In this document: positions 44,001 through 58,284 of the stretch, one piece after another | Numbering within the stretch: the stretch's first letter is position 1 | How the letters are laid out: every line of letters starts with the position of its first letter | Assembly (NCBI RefSeq): GCF_006345805.1 | Contig: NC_043000.1 | Coordinates: 123,504,001-123,568,000 of the forward strand | From: Octopus sinensis | Lineage: Eukaryota | Direction of reading: 5' to 3' | DNA length: 64,000 nt | The notes under the pieces: model-generated | Seen by the model: only the letters and a program-made list of their open reading frames with translations | Databases searched by the model: none | What the model was told of the DNA's origin: nothing | Made by a program: the position numbers and the translations under genes

Positions 44001-47000
44001 TGTATATGCATCCCATCCATGCCAGCATGGAAGGCAGACATTAAATGAGTGTGTGTGTGTATATAGATAGATATATAGAGAGAGAGGGTGTGACTGGCCA
44101 GTTGGTCAATTAAATAGATACAATACACTTTAACTACTAATTCACCCCCAACACATGCAAAGTCAGTTATTGCATAGGAAAACAAGCAGAATGGTTCCCT
44201 GGCCAAGAGTGGTATTTCTGTGGTGTAAGATGTTATGGCTTATATTTGAGTGGTTGCAGGGATGACAAAGCAAGGATCACTTAACACTTAACATTTTGGA
44301 TTCAGACTTTAGGTCAGTAATCCAACAGATTAAAGTTAAGATGTAACATATACAACATTAATTTGATGTCTTACTTTTTAAGAAATTCAAACTGTTCTGG
44401 AATATCAGAACATCCAAAATCAGTGGTCCATGCATGGCCAATGGTGAATTTATGGAACCGAAACATATCCATTACACTGAAAATGTAAAATGGAAAGAAA
44501 GAAAATATTAGAAATTTTTATATATTGAACTAATAAAAATAATTTCAACAGCCATTCACTAAAAAAAATTTATAAAACAATTGATAACTGATCGTATTAC
44601 TCCACCTATACCGTTCATTTGGATAGAGAATAAATATTTGTACAGTAATTCATTCATGGTTAATAATACAAAGCGGTTATGCTTCATTGATGAGATCTGA
44701 GTAAGACCAAAAATGTCCGAAGTTATCTTCCAACTAGGGTTTCTTGAAAAATAAGGAAATGAAAAAAAAACCATTAGCTAATATTGCTTTTTTCCTCCCA
44801 CCACATTTATTTCCAGTTAATTTTTAACATATATTAACACAAACTTAACTATCGCTTTTGATAATTTTTAACCCTTTGCCTGCCCCGTGAACCTTGTAAT
44901 GCAAAAGACATGTTTCCCTGGAATTCATGCATCCATATGATGCACATTCCTTTTTTTTTTCTTTTTTTCAACCACGGAGTAACTTAGGACTTATGAAAGG
45001 AAAGTTTTATATTACTCAGAATGTCTAAAACAAGAGCTAACTAAAAGTCTGAAAACAAGCATGGATGTTTGGGACAAACTTATGAAAATGCTTTGGACAG
45101 GAAAAAGGATTAATAATTGATTTGGTTCAGGTTGGATGTAAAAGTGAAGAGGACACAATACAGGTGTCATCAGTTGAACATAAAATGTTAATCTCCAAAG
45201 GTTGAGCCCAAGTGAGATAAGATTTTATTCAGCATAAATAACCATGTTATTAGAAGTTGCACGAAAAGATGATATAAGATACTGGTTGAAGTACTCCAGC
45301 TAAAGATTAACAATCTATAATGAATTGGATAAAACCAGGAAACGTTTGGCATCACACATGAGATTACAAATTCATCCAACTGAAACCATTTATCATTCCC
45401 ATCATTTAACCCTTTCGTTACCAACCCGGCTGAAACCACCTCTGGCTCTGAGTACAAATGTCTTGTTTTCTAAAGTTCTGAATTAAAATCTTCGACCAAA
45501 CCTTAGTTATCATTAAAATTTTTTGAAGATTTTTTTGAAAAGTTTTTCCAAAATTTTCCAAAATTTTTTGAAAAGTTTTTCCAAAATTTTCCCCGAAATT
45601 TAATTTAAATCTTTCATCTTTCTCCCCCCCCCCTCTCTCTCACATTACTTTGGGTGCGAAAGAGTTTTGTTTTTATTTTACGCCAAGTAAAAAAGTGTTT
45701 TGTTAACAAAGAAACAAAGAGTTGAGTAGCAATTTGTCAGTGAATTGCACAATATAAATGGGTACAATTTCCGAGGCTTCCACCACACCCACTCTGTTTC
45801 ACGGACCACAAAAAGGGTTTTGTAGCATATTAAGAGGCCAGAGTAGTTGATTCCACGAAAAAAAAACAAAAAACGATTATTTTTCTTAGTGAAAATCGTG
45901 CGAGTGTTAATCTACAAATTTAACAACATTTTTCCATTCATTTCTGTTTATGAACATGTATGCATGCACAAAACATGCAATAGGTGTACGTACGTACATG
46001 TGTGTTCGTGTCTGTTGCCCATATATCTTTATATTATATTATATATATATATAATATATATATATAATATAACCAATTTCAATGGATTTCACCCAAATTT
46101 GACGTCGATATTACTTAGTTTGGTTTGAAATAAAGAACTTGATTAGCTTAATAATCGTAACTTAATCCCGAGCAAGGCCGTGTTATTCTGCTAGTAAATG
46201 TATAAAAATGAATAAAACTTACCCCACTTGAGCAAGAGCAACTCCATACAGCTCTGGACGCTGGTTTATGCAGGCTGCAACAAGCAGTCCGCCATTTGAT
46301 TGACCATGGATGACAAGTCTTTAAAATAAACATTTAAAATTCTAATATTTAAAAACTGCTTATAACAAGATATTCAAATTTTGGCACAAGGCCAGCAAAT
46401 TCGGGGAAGGGCATAAGTCGATTACATCAACCTCAGTTTTCTGCTGGTATTTATTTTATCGACACCAAAAGGATGAAAAGCAAAGTCGATCATGGCTGGA
46501 TTTAAAACCAGACAAAATGCTGAGCATTTTGTCCAGCATGCCAACAATTCTTATTTCTTTATTGTCCATAAGGGGTTACACATAGAGGGGACAAACAAGG
46601 ACATACAAACGGATTAAGTCAATTACATTGACTCTAGTGCGTAACTGGTACTTTATTTATCGACCACGAAAGGATGAAAAGCTAAGTCGACCTCAGCGGA
46701 ATTTGAACTCAGAATGTAACGACAGATAAAATACCGCTAAGCATTTCGCCTGGCGTGCTAATGATTCTGTCAGCTCGCCACCTTGTTTATAACAAGATTG
46801 TAATTTACTGTAAAGCAATATTTGAAACATCTTTGGTTTTGTCATACACATTTGATATTTGTAATTTCTTCTTTATATTCCAGAATTACAAAACAGTTCT
46901 TGTCATCTGAATATAAAACATCACAGCCACTACTTTAACCTTTCTGATTCCAATCTACCTGGGACTAATTGGTAGTAGAGTTTTAAGGTAGTGTGTATTA

Positions 47001-50000
47001 CAATTGTATCCACTCCTACTCCATATGCATAGGAGTGGCTGCGTGGTAGGTAGCTTGCTTACCAACCACATGGTTCCAGGTTCAGTCCCAGTGCGTGGTA
47101 CCTTGGGCAAGTGTCTTCTACTATAGCCTCGGGCCGACTAAAGCCTTGTGAGTGGATTTGGTAGACAGAAACTGAAAGAAGCCCGTCGTGTATACATATA
47201 TATATTTGTATGTTTGTGTTTGTCCCCCACCAACATCGCTTGACAACCGATGCTGGTGTGTTTACGTCCCCATAACTTAGCAGTTCGGCAAAAGAGACCG
47301 ATAGAATAAGTACTAGGCTTACAAAGAATAAGTCCTGGGGTCGATTTGCTCAACTATAAATGTGGTGCTCCAGCATGGCCACAGTCAAATGACTGAAACA
47401 AGTAAAAGAGAAAGAGAATGTAACAACTTCTAATGGTATTTTAAGGTATTGATTGAATATACCCAGGTAACAACTTGTAATAGTTAGTGGATGTGATTAT
47501 TATATCCAGGTAACAAACAGAAATAATAGTGTTATGAATAACTGTACTTACTTTTTGGGGCAGGTGTACTTTTGATTAATGAGATATTCAGCAGCAGCAT
47601 GGAAATCATCAAAGACGTTTTGTTTTTTGGCATGGGTGCCACTCTTGTGCCATTTTTCACCATACTCCCTAGTAACACAAAAAAAAAACGTTCAGTTACG
47701 TGTCTGAGAAAATTTGTGACAAACATATGATGGTATTTAAGCCATCAAATGGCGCTTTACAATTGCATAACAAATACCCAGCGTTTTAGGATTTGGTTTG
47801 CAAGATTCTTTATGTGAGTATATGTGTTGAAGCATATTCTGTTTTGTCTGGGGAGAGTCATTTTCTTTTTGTGCCTTATAATTTAACACACTGGTAAAAT
47901 TTCCACTTATTAAAAATTAAGAAATAAGCGGAAATTTTACTGGTGAGGAACAAAAAAAAAAAAAAATGACTCCCTAGACAATAGAAAATACTCAGCAGTT
48001 TCAATCTAAATAACTGATTATTTTGTGGCCTCACAATAGACAATTATTCATTTACTTCCTAAGACATAATTTGATTCACAATCAAGTTGATTGTGAATCA
48101 AATTATAATATCTGAGGAAGTGAGTGAACTCTAAATGTATTGCATAAAATTGCAGAATTTTTGCATGTGATAGAAATAAATAGCATTAGTTCACTGAAAC
48201 ATATGTAACATTGATTTAACTTCTCTTTTCCTTAAATTTATAGTAATTCACTATGTGAGGATTATCACATACCAATTTAATATACATGTCTTGGATTGGC
48301 AGTGTTTTCTTGATAACTGATCAAAGTATAACTAATCATTTGGTAGGAGTGGAGGTGCAATGGCCCAGTGGACTCGCGATTGGAGGATCATGGTTTCAAT
48401 TCCCAGAAGGGGCATTTTGTGTGTTTATTGAGTGAAAACACCTAAAGCTCCACAAGGCTCCAGCAGGGGGTGGTGGCGACCCCTGTTGTACTCTTTCGCC
48501 CCAACTTTCTCTCACTCTTTCTTCCTGTTTCTTGAGTAACGCTGCGATGGAGTGGCGTCCCGTCCAGCTGGGGGGAACACATACACCACAGAAACCGGGA
48601 AACCGAGCCTATGAGCCTGGCTAGGCTTGAAAAAGGGTGCATAAATAATTAAATAAATAAAAAGGAGTGAAGATAATACCAACTGCTGCTACTTACCCAC
48701 CACCTCGAATATTGGCTAGAGCATACACTCCATCTAAATCCTTGAGAAAAACCAATCTCGAAACACTGAATGTTGGTTTCATTGAGATGTCAAAGCCTCC
48801 ATAGCCATACAAAAATGTTGGTGTGTTACCATTACGAACCAAACCCTGAAATGTGACAGAAAACAATGAGACAATATTTAATGAGTTTCACAATTGCATC
48901 AATAATGTCAGGCAATTTAAACTTTTAATTATTTCAAATTTTGGAACAAGTGCAGTAATTTCAGAGGAAGGGACCAAGATGATTAACCCGAGTACCTGAC
49001 TGCTACTTTATTTTATTAGACCCATAAGAATGAAAGGCAAAGTTAACCTCAGTGGGATTTGAACTCAAAATGTGATGAGTCAGGAGAAAAACTGTTAGGC
49101 ATTTTGCCTGACGCTTCAACAAATGTGCCAACTCGCTGCCTTAGATTCAAATTTTGGCACAAGGCCAGCAATTAGGTGGAGTGGGGTGAGTCAATGGCAT
49201 CGACCTTGGTACATAACTGGTACTTATTTTATTGACTGCAAAAGGATGGAAGGTAAAGTTCACTGGTGCTAGTATAGTATGTGGTCTACTATGTTGACTT
49301 CACCTTTCCACTCGGAGTTTACTCAACACTGGAATGTTGCTGAAAGATTTTTATACACGTGTCGTATAAAATAGTATAAGATTCATTTTTTTTCTTTCTT
49401 ACTCTCTTTTAATTGTTTCAGTCATTTGACTGTGGCCATGCTGGAGCACCACCTTTAGTCGAGCAAATCGACCCAGGACTTATTCTTTCTAAGCCTAGCA
49501 CTTATTCTATCAGTCTCTTTTGGCAAACCGCTAAGTTACGGGGATGTAAACACACTAGCATCGGTTGTCAAGCAATGTCGGGGAGACAAACACACACACA
49601 AATGCATACACACACATAAATATATACGACGGGCTTCTTTTAGTTTCTGTCTACCAAATTCACTCACAAAGCTTTGGTCGGCTCGAGGCTATAGTAGAAG
49701 ACACTTGCCCAAGGTGCCACGCAGTGGGCCTGAACCCGGAATCATGTGTTGGTAAGCAAGCTGCTTACCACACAGCCACTCCTGTGCCTTCTTGTGTAAT
49801 TCCTTTATAATGTACGAAGTGATTTATCTCAGAAATATCTGAAAGATAAGGTTGATAAGCCTGTTTGACACCATCGTAGACAGCATATTATACTAGCACC
49901 AAGTTCACTTCAGTGACGTTTGAACTCAGAACATACAGAGCTGGGAGAAATGTTGCTTGGCATTTTGTCCAAGTGCAATAGCAATTCTGCCAGGTAACCA

Positions 50001-53000
50001 TCTTAATCAAAACTTGAACATTAATGAAGCATTAGACTGGTACAAGGTTAATAATTTGAAGAAGAGTGAGAGTGACATGATGCAGATGAGTAGAGAGAAG
50101 GTACGATAGCTCTTACTGTAAGAAGTAAACAGAAGATTTTATAATAAGAAGCATGTGGAACATGATATTGTAGAAAACACACACAGATCTTATAGAAAAC
50201 ATACAAGATTTTTTTTTTTATAAATGACACAATAATAAAGGATAGGTTTATGTAATAGAAAACCTTCAATAAATCTTAGCAAGAGACATGATAGATCTCA
50301 TTGAAGACTACATGTAATAAATTTACTGAAAGAGAAAAACAAAAACGAGAAAAACACCTAAATAGTAAAACATCTTACTTTTTTATGAACCAGAAACATT
50401 GGAATCTGGGTTCCATCTTTGCTTGGATAAAACACTTGTTGAACTTCAAACTGGCTGAAGTCAAAATTATTCACTTTAATTGTCCGGAATACCTGTTGAG
50501 AACAAATATTAATTTTTAATTAAGAGATTTATAACAAATAATTTCTCAAAATTCAAACAGCATAAAATGGATTTTTAAAAGTTTCATTTTTATCAAATAT
50601 TCTAATGAACCAATGATATCCTCTCCCCAGCATTAAACCGACACTAATCAGTATCTAAAAAGACTGTCTAACTGCAAAACACTTTTGTATAAATAATTTA
50701 TAAATAGATTCCAAGTGTACAAAAGTTATTGCACCTAACTTGCTATGTAACTATGTGGTTTTCAGTTCAGTCCTACTACACTACACATTGCACAAGTGTC
50801 TACAATAGAACCAAGCTAACCAATGCCGTGTGACTGGATTTGGTACATGGAAACTGTATAGAAGCCCATTATGTATGTCTAGGGAGGTTGATTTGATGAC
50901 TGGCAGTACGAAGGGTTTGGTGGAAAGTAGTAAGATAAAGAAAAAAAAACTGAAACAGTTATCTCCCTTTATATTACAACTAGACAAAGCTTTTATCAAT
51001 ACAATTTTATGCTCCCATCATCATTGTTTAACGTCCTCTTTCCATGCTGGCATGGGTTGGACGGTTTGACAGAAGCCTGCACCAAAACATTCAATGCCAA
51101 ATAGATTTCTTACTAAATCAGCAAGGCCAAATGGGCTGAGCCGAAACATCCCTAACCAAAAGCGCTGCCCTTTCCTCCTTATTTAGTCACTGGACAGAAA
51201 TATCCAATGACAAAACCTCAGAGAAGCGAAAAGTTTCACAGTTTATCTCCATGTGATTTACTTACCTCAGGAGTTGGTTTGTCAACTGTCATATCCACAC
51301 GATAGATAATGCCAGGAGTCAGAAAAGACATGAAGTGGATAAAAATCTACAATGAGAAACAAAAGATCTACAATGAGAAACAAAAGATAATGTACATACT
51401 GAAAAATTAACTAAATAACTGAAGTACTGAAAATGGTTAACATATCTCTATGTTAATATATTAACAGTTAATATAATATATTAACATACATTATATAATG
51501 TATATTAATTATATAATGTAACTAAATTATATAAAAATTATATAAAACTACATTATATAAAAATTATATAAATTATATATAAATTATATGCAAAAATTAT
51601 ATTAAAAAATGTGAAAGAATACTTCATACATATATATTATATAAAACATATCTTAAATGTATTTAAGTTATTTTGTCATATATAAAACATGACGGAATAG
51701 CTTAAATGGTTTTAAAATATATTCCAGTTGAATTTTAAGGAGTACAATAAAAAATCTTTAAGGAGATGTACTTGCATAACGAGTGACTTGATCTGAGATC
51801 GTGTGCTGGAACGAAAACAATTGCAGTGTGGAAGGTGTTTATAAGCCATTTAAGAAACACATAAAACCATTAGATTCACTTCAACATTTAAATTTAATTT
51901 TTCGTCACTATGAGACCGCGACCTGTTCACTGACAAAACTTTGTGCTGCATCAAAAATCTGTAAATTAATTAAATGAAACTCACCTCTTTGCTTTTCTTT
52001 CTTCCTGAACAACCAATTATGGTGCCAATGTCTAAAGGTATCTCAGCTTCCAGTACTCCAGTTTCCAGTCGATGTACATACAGCTTATTCTAGAAAAATA
52101 ATTATCATTGATTAATGAATGAGCAAAACATGATTTACAGCATCAAATAATCAAGAAAAAAAGCTTGAAATCTTAAAGGTTTTGTCCCCTAAACTTCAAA
52201 AGATGCCAATCAAATCATATAAATTATACACTGGAGTAAAACTAACCTGGTTCTTTTATGGCAGAACCAAATCTTTGCTCTTGTTTCTATATCATTAAAT
52301 AGCCACAGTGTTTGTTTTCTTTCTTTAATCAGTTAAATAAAACATTGCTTTATCTGGTTACTACAAGTTATTGAAGAATACTAATTAATACTTCAACTGA
52401 CAGTAGTTAGTCTCCAGCTGTAAAACAGAGACTCAATAACATATATGTCTAACACATGCAGGCATAGAAAAATAGATGTAAAAATGAATGGATGAAACGA
52501 ATATACATCAGCAACATTGCTTAATGCCTGTTTTTCCATATTGGTTTGGGGTGGACAGTTTAACATGAATCAGTGAGCAGGAGGACTGCACTGAGCTCCA
52601 ATCTCTGCTTTGGCATAGTCTCTACAGCCAAATGCCCTTCCTAACACCAACCACTATACAGAGTGTAGAATGTGTATTCTCCATGCCACTGACACTAGTG
52701 AGAACAAGTAACTAGCAAGTCAAAACCCCTCAACTGGGAAGTGGGTATGGTACTGAAGCTGGTGAAAGTGTTACATCATCATCGTTTAACGTCTGCTTTC
52801 CATGTTGGCATGGGTTGGACGATTTGACTGAGGACTGGCGAACCAGATGGCTGTGCCAGGCTCCAATCTGATCTAGTAGTTTCTACAGTTGGATACCCTT
52901 CCTAATGCCAACCACTCCAAGAGTGTAGTGAGTGATTTTATGTGCCACTGGCATGAGGGCCAGTCTGGCGGTACTGGCAACGGCCACGCTCAAAATGGTG

Positions 53001-53617
53001 TTTTTTACATGTCACCTGCACGGGAGTCAGACCAGCGGCACTGGCAACGACCTCGCTTGAATGTTTTGTTCCCATGCAACCGGCACAAGTGCCAGTATGG
53101 CGACACTGGTAACAATCACGCTCAAATGGTGCTTTTTACATGCAACCGGCACGGAAGCCAGACAGCTGTTCTGGCAGTTATCCCGTTCGGATGGAGCTGT
53201 TAGTGCTCCACTGGCATGGGTGCCAGTCATCGAATTTGGTTACACTGTGTAACAATTTTTGTTTTTTGGTAGCAACTGTTATTTCCTATTTGCTTGCCCC
53301 TAGAAAGTATGGAAAATGGCTAATATTTCCTTCAAACTTGTGCTTTTGTTACGTTCATTCAAACCCCAAAGAATCCTTCTCATCACATGCTCCCCCACTA
53401 CTCCTGCTCATTTTCAGAGATGCACATTTTGTCAGCCACTAAGGGACATCCTTAAGGTGGTTACAGTCAAGCAGCTGATAAGCAAATCTGCGGTATTGAG
53501 CAGAATATTTGCTATAATGATATTTCAGCTTCAGCAACTCAGTGCTGAATCTGTCAGAAATGTAATTGAAATCCAACTCAGAAGATAAAGACAGACAAAA
53601 TGTGTGTGTATGTGTGT

Positions 53618-53648
<31 letters not shown>

Positions 53649-56600
53649 AATACATGGGTACAGGATGTCACCACCAACTGTGTAAACAACAAAAACAAGT
53701 TAAACATGCAAACGAGAAAAAAAAATGGTAAAGAGGACAAGTAAGCACAGAGAACAACCAACCCTTCATCAGTTGTCGGCTGTCTACTCCTCATTTCCAT
53801 CATTCAACAACAATACGAGTCTTCAAAGACAGTTGCTCTCATAAATTCCAAAATAAAATTTAGGATTTATGGATGGTCAAAGTTGAGAACAAAAACATGA
53901 CAGTGGAGACATACAAGGAAACTGAACAAAAACAAACATGGAGGGTTGTTAGACCAGAATGAGAGGTGCGTGTATATATGCGTCTGTGTGTGTGCGTAAT
54001 TAAATTAATTACCTTGACATCTTTTAAATAACAAAGTACAAGTTTATTGTGGTTGACACAGGAAGCCCATTCCAAAACGGCATTTTTATCTTCTTCAACG
54101 AGAGTCTTCCAATTTTTCTGTGAAAGCAAAATAGGAATACTTTAGAATATACAAAGTCACATAAGTGAAAGAGAGAGAGACAGTATGTGTGATTCAGTGA
54201 AATCATAATTACCGGGTCAGGATTTTGGAAGTCAATATTAATAATTTTGTACTTTGGTGCGTTCAAGTTGGTGAGGAACGTAAAGACACTGCCTTCATTG
54301 GTGATATACTGTAATAGACAAAAAAAAAAAAAAGTCATAAGAAATTCATAAACCAATATTTTGTTATGTGGAACAACACTTTATAGAGTAAAATACTTGA
54401 CAAGGTGAAGGTGAGAGAGTATAGGTAGCCCAGAGTGGCAAAGTTTTCAGCGAGAGAAATCAAAGACTAGGTACTGATTATTTTCTTTATTGCCCACAAG
54501 GGGCTAAACACAGAGGGAACAGACAAAGGGATTAAGTCGATTACATAGACCCCAGTGCGTAGCTGGTACTTAATTTATCGACCCCGAAAGGATGAAAGGC
54601 AAAGTCAACCTCGCCGGAATTTGAACTCAGAACGTAAAACACGAAATACCTGTTTCTTTAATACCCACAAGAGGCTAAACACAGAGAGGACAAACAAGGA
54701 CAGACAAACAGATTAAGTCGATTATATCGACCCCAGTGTGTAAGTGGTACTTATTTAATCGACTCCAAAAGGATGAAAGGCAAAGTGGACGTCATTTGAA
54801 CTCAGAACACAGCAGCAGACGAAATACTGCTAAGCATTTTGCCCGGCGTGCTAACGATTCTGCCAGCTTGCTGCCTTATATTTTTTTTTTTTTCCTTCAG
54901 AAATAGCAGCCAAAATGAGGGTTCCATAACGATCAAACGGTAATTCCGTATTCATCATGAGAAGACTAGGTACTGATTATTAATAGAAACCAATTTGCTT
55001 TCACTTTATCCTTTTGGCATTTAAACCAGCCAATTCCAGCCCAAAAATATTCTACTTGTTTTATGTTCAAACCAACTAGATCTGGTCTCTCATATCTACC
55101 ATCTATCCTACAATGTCATTCTAAACATAAACAATCACTGTATTCTCAAAAATAGGATTAATTCAAAATAGTGCAAATAAATAAGCATTACATTTGATAG
55201 AGTAATCTGAATGTCAAAAGGCTATGACAAGTTTTCTTGACAAATACACAAATGTTATAATTCTCCTTTACCACCACCATAGAGGTACAGCTCATGAGGG
55301 AGCCTCTATGCAGTTGTGTAATCAGTGAGAAAAGCAACCAGAATCTCCTTGGAATCACACCTTATTCTTATTTCTTTACTGCCCACAAGGGGCTAAACAC
55401 AGAGGGGACAAACAAGAACAGACAAATGGATTATGCTGATTATATCGACCCCAGTGCATAACTGGTACTTATTTATTCGGCCCCCAAAAGGATGAAAGGT
55501 AAAGTCGACCTCAGCAGAATTTGAACTCAGAACATAGTGGCAGATGAAATACCTATTTCTTTACTACCCACAAGGGGCTAAACACAGAAAGGACAAACAA
55601 GGACAGATAAACAGATTAAGTCAATTATATTGACCCCAGTGCGTAACTGGTACTTATTTAATCGATCCCGGAAGGATGACAGGCAAAGTCGACCTCAGCG
55701 GAATTTGAACTCAGAACACAGCGGCAGACAAAATACTGCTAAGCACCTTGCCCAACGTGCTAACGCTTCTGCCAGCTCGCCGTCTTCACACTTATTCTGT
55801 TACACAAAAACAGAAATTAATACAGCGTAGAAAAGTGAACATTAGATAAATAGAAAACCATAACTACGTAAATATGGTAGTCCTAGTTTATTGTGACAGC
55901 AAATATACAGTACAGGAAAAACTAATTTGAAGGTAGTCTTGTGAGAATGAAGATATTACAAGGAAAAAAATATAAGGACATAGTTACCTCATACTGGGCA
56001 TCGAAGTTGTCAATAAGCTTCACATATGGAAGGTTTTCTGAAATAAGCATTTAAATGTTAGCAATTATGCAAAATAGCCTTATGGAATTAATTATTTATA
56101 AACTATCCACCCAACCAACCAATGATCCATCTACCCATCTATACATACATACATTTTCTTTTTACTGAAACTGGAAATTTATCTTGTCAAGTTTCAAGTC
56201 AAAGTGATCTTCAGGCATGTATGGTGATCTCACCTGAAGATCACCATAGCATGAAACTCAAATCGCAAGACAAACATCTAATTTCAGTTTCAATAAAAAA
56301 ACATATCCTCTACAACTGTAATTGATATCATGAATGTGTTGCAATCATTTACTTAGTGGATCCTTTTTACAAACAACTGTTACTGCAATAGAAAAACATT
56401 TGCTATTTCTTTCTTCAAATTACATAAAGAGAATAACAAAATAGTTTACCTGTAATGCCATTAGGAAGTTTGTCAAGTTCAACATAAAACAATCGGTTGA
56501 CTGGATCACATCCTTCATTAGGAGACAGCAGGAGATATTTGCCATCAACACTCACCTCGGCACCTCTGTAGAAAACGAAAACATCAGTACACATGTTATA

Positions 56601-58248
56601 TGTATGTATATGCATGTACATGTACAAATGTAATACAAGTTAAATCCATTAACTGAGATTATGCTTGCAGTTAAAAGACAATAACTCAAGGTGTTTTTGA
56701 ATCTGGAAGCTGCAAGCAAGGCAGGTAACTCCAATAATATCAGCTAATCAAAATATATTTGAAAATAAAGCTAAGCTGTTTAATCCTTTGATGTTTAAGC
56801 CGGCCATATCCGGCCCAAATATCCTACATGCTTTACATTCAAACTGGCCATATCTAGCCCGTCACACCTAACCTATATTGACATTCTAAGAATAAACTAT
56901 CACACCATTGAAACTTCAAAGCTGTAAGATAATGTATGATTAATTCAAAACAATTTGAGTGAAAAAAGTATTGCATTTAACAGATTAATCTGAACACTAA
57001 AAGGTAGGGCTCTATAAAGCCAACTGATGAAAGTAGTTTCAAATCATTCACTTACTCATAAATTAATAATTCAAAGTTGAACACCTACATTTATCAGTTT
57101 AAGTATGATTAATCAGGATTCTTGGTTCATTTATAAACAAAACATCACTCGATAATTTTTCTTTTAACGTTTTTTTTTTTTTTCACAGTAGCTACTGTCT
57201 TCATCAATCTGCACAGCAAGACTCAGGACAACTCCACTACTTAGTTCAAGACAATGTAGTTGTACCTATTCTTATTATGTGCATAGTTATTCAGTCAACT
57301 GTGTTACTGATTGATTCACTCAAGCATGCCACCAAATATGTCATTGGTTACAGGGATAAAGTTTCAATATGGTAAATTCTTTGTTGGTCTCAATGTTGAG
57401 CATGATTGTTCAATCAACAGGATTCCAGCTTGTAAAATTAATTATACAAACAGCTGAGTATTTCACAGAGTGTATCTTTAATGCAATTCTCATGCCAAAT
57501 CAGAGTGATAAGAGAAAACCTTTGAATTACCAAAACAATGGAGAGAAAGAGAGAGATGAGGAGGAGAGAATCAACTCCAGTGCTTGATTAATATTTTATC
57601 AACTCTGAAAGGAATGAAGAGCAAAGTTGACCTCCAGGATTTCAACTGAAAATGTAGAGAGCCAGAACAAATATGGCTGCAAGGCATTGTATCTAACCTT
57701 CTAATGATTCTGCATATTTGCCACCTTTAAAGTTTCAATACCACACAGAACATATAATCCCACAACAATGAGTTACAACATAAAGTCATGAAGGAAGATG
57801 GAAGGAACTTCTCAGTGAAGGATGTTCAAACTGTAGGAACTGCTAATGCAGGAGGAGCAAAAGGAGTTGGCAACATCATTGAACAAAGGCTTGTAAGAAG
57901 GAGGAAATGTTCAGGACAAAAACTATATTTGAAAAATGTGAAGAAGTAAAATTGAGTACAACACTCAAAAAATGAAGACAACTATAAGGGTGGAATAAAG
58001 ATGTAGTTTGTTTGGGTTTGTACAAGATTTCAAAAGTATCTGCAATAGGAGAGACTAAAACGGTAATATGAACCTAAAACAAGGAAGCTAATTAACAGAT
58101 AGTGTAAAAACAAATAGAAATATGATTGATTAAAAGATAATAGGAAATGGATTTGTTAAAGTCTTTAGCATCTAATGAATTTCATAAAGTAATGTGAATA
58201 TAAGCAGATGGTGACAAACTTTCACTTTATACACACACATGGATATAT

Positions 58249-58284
<36 letters not shown>

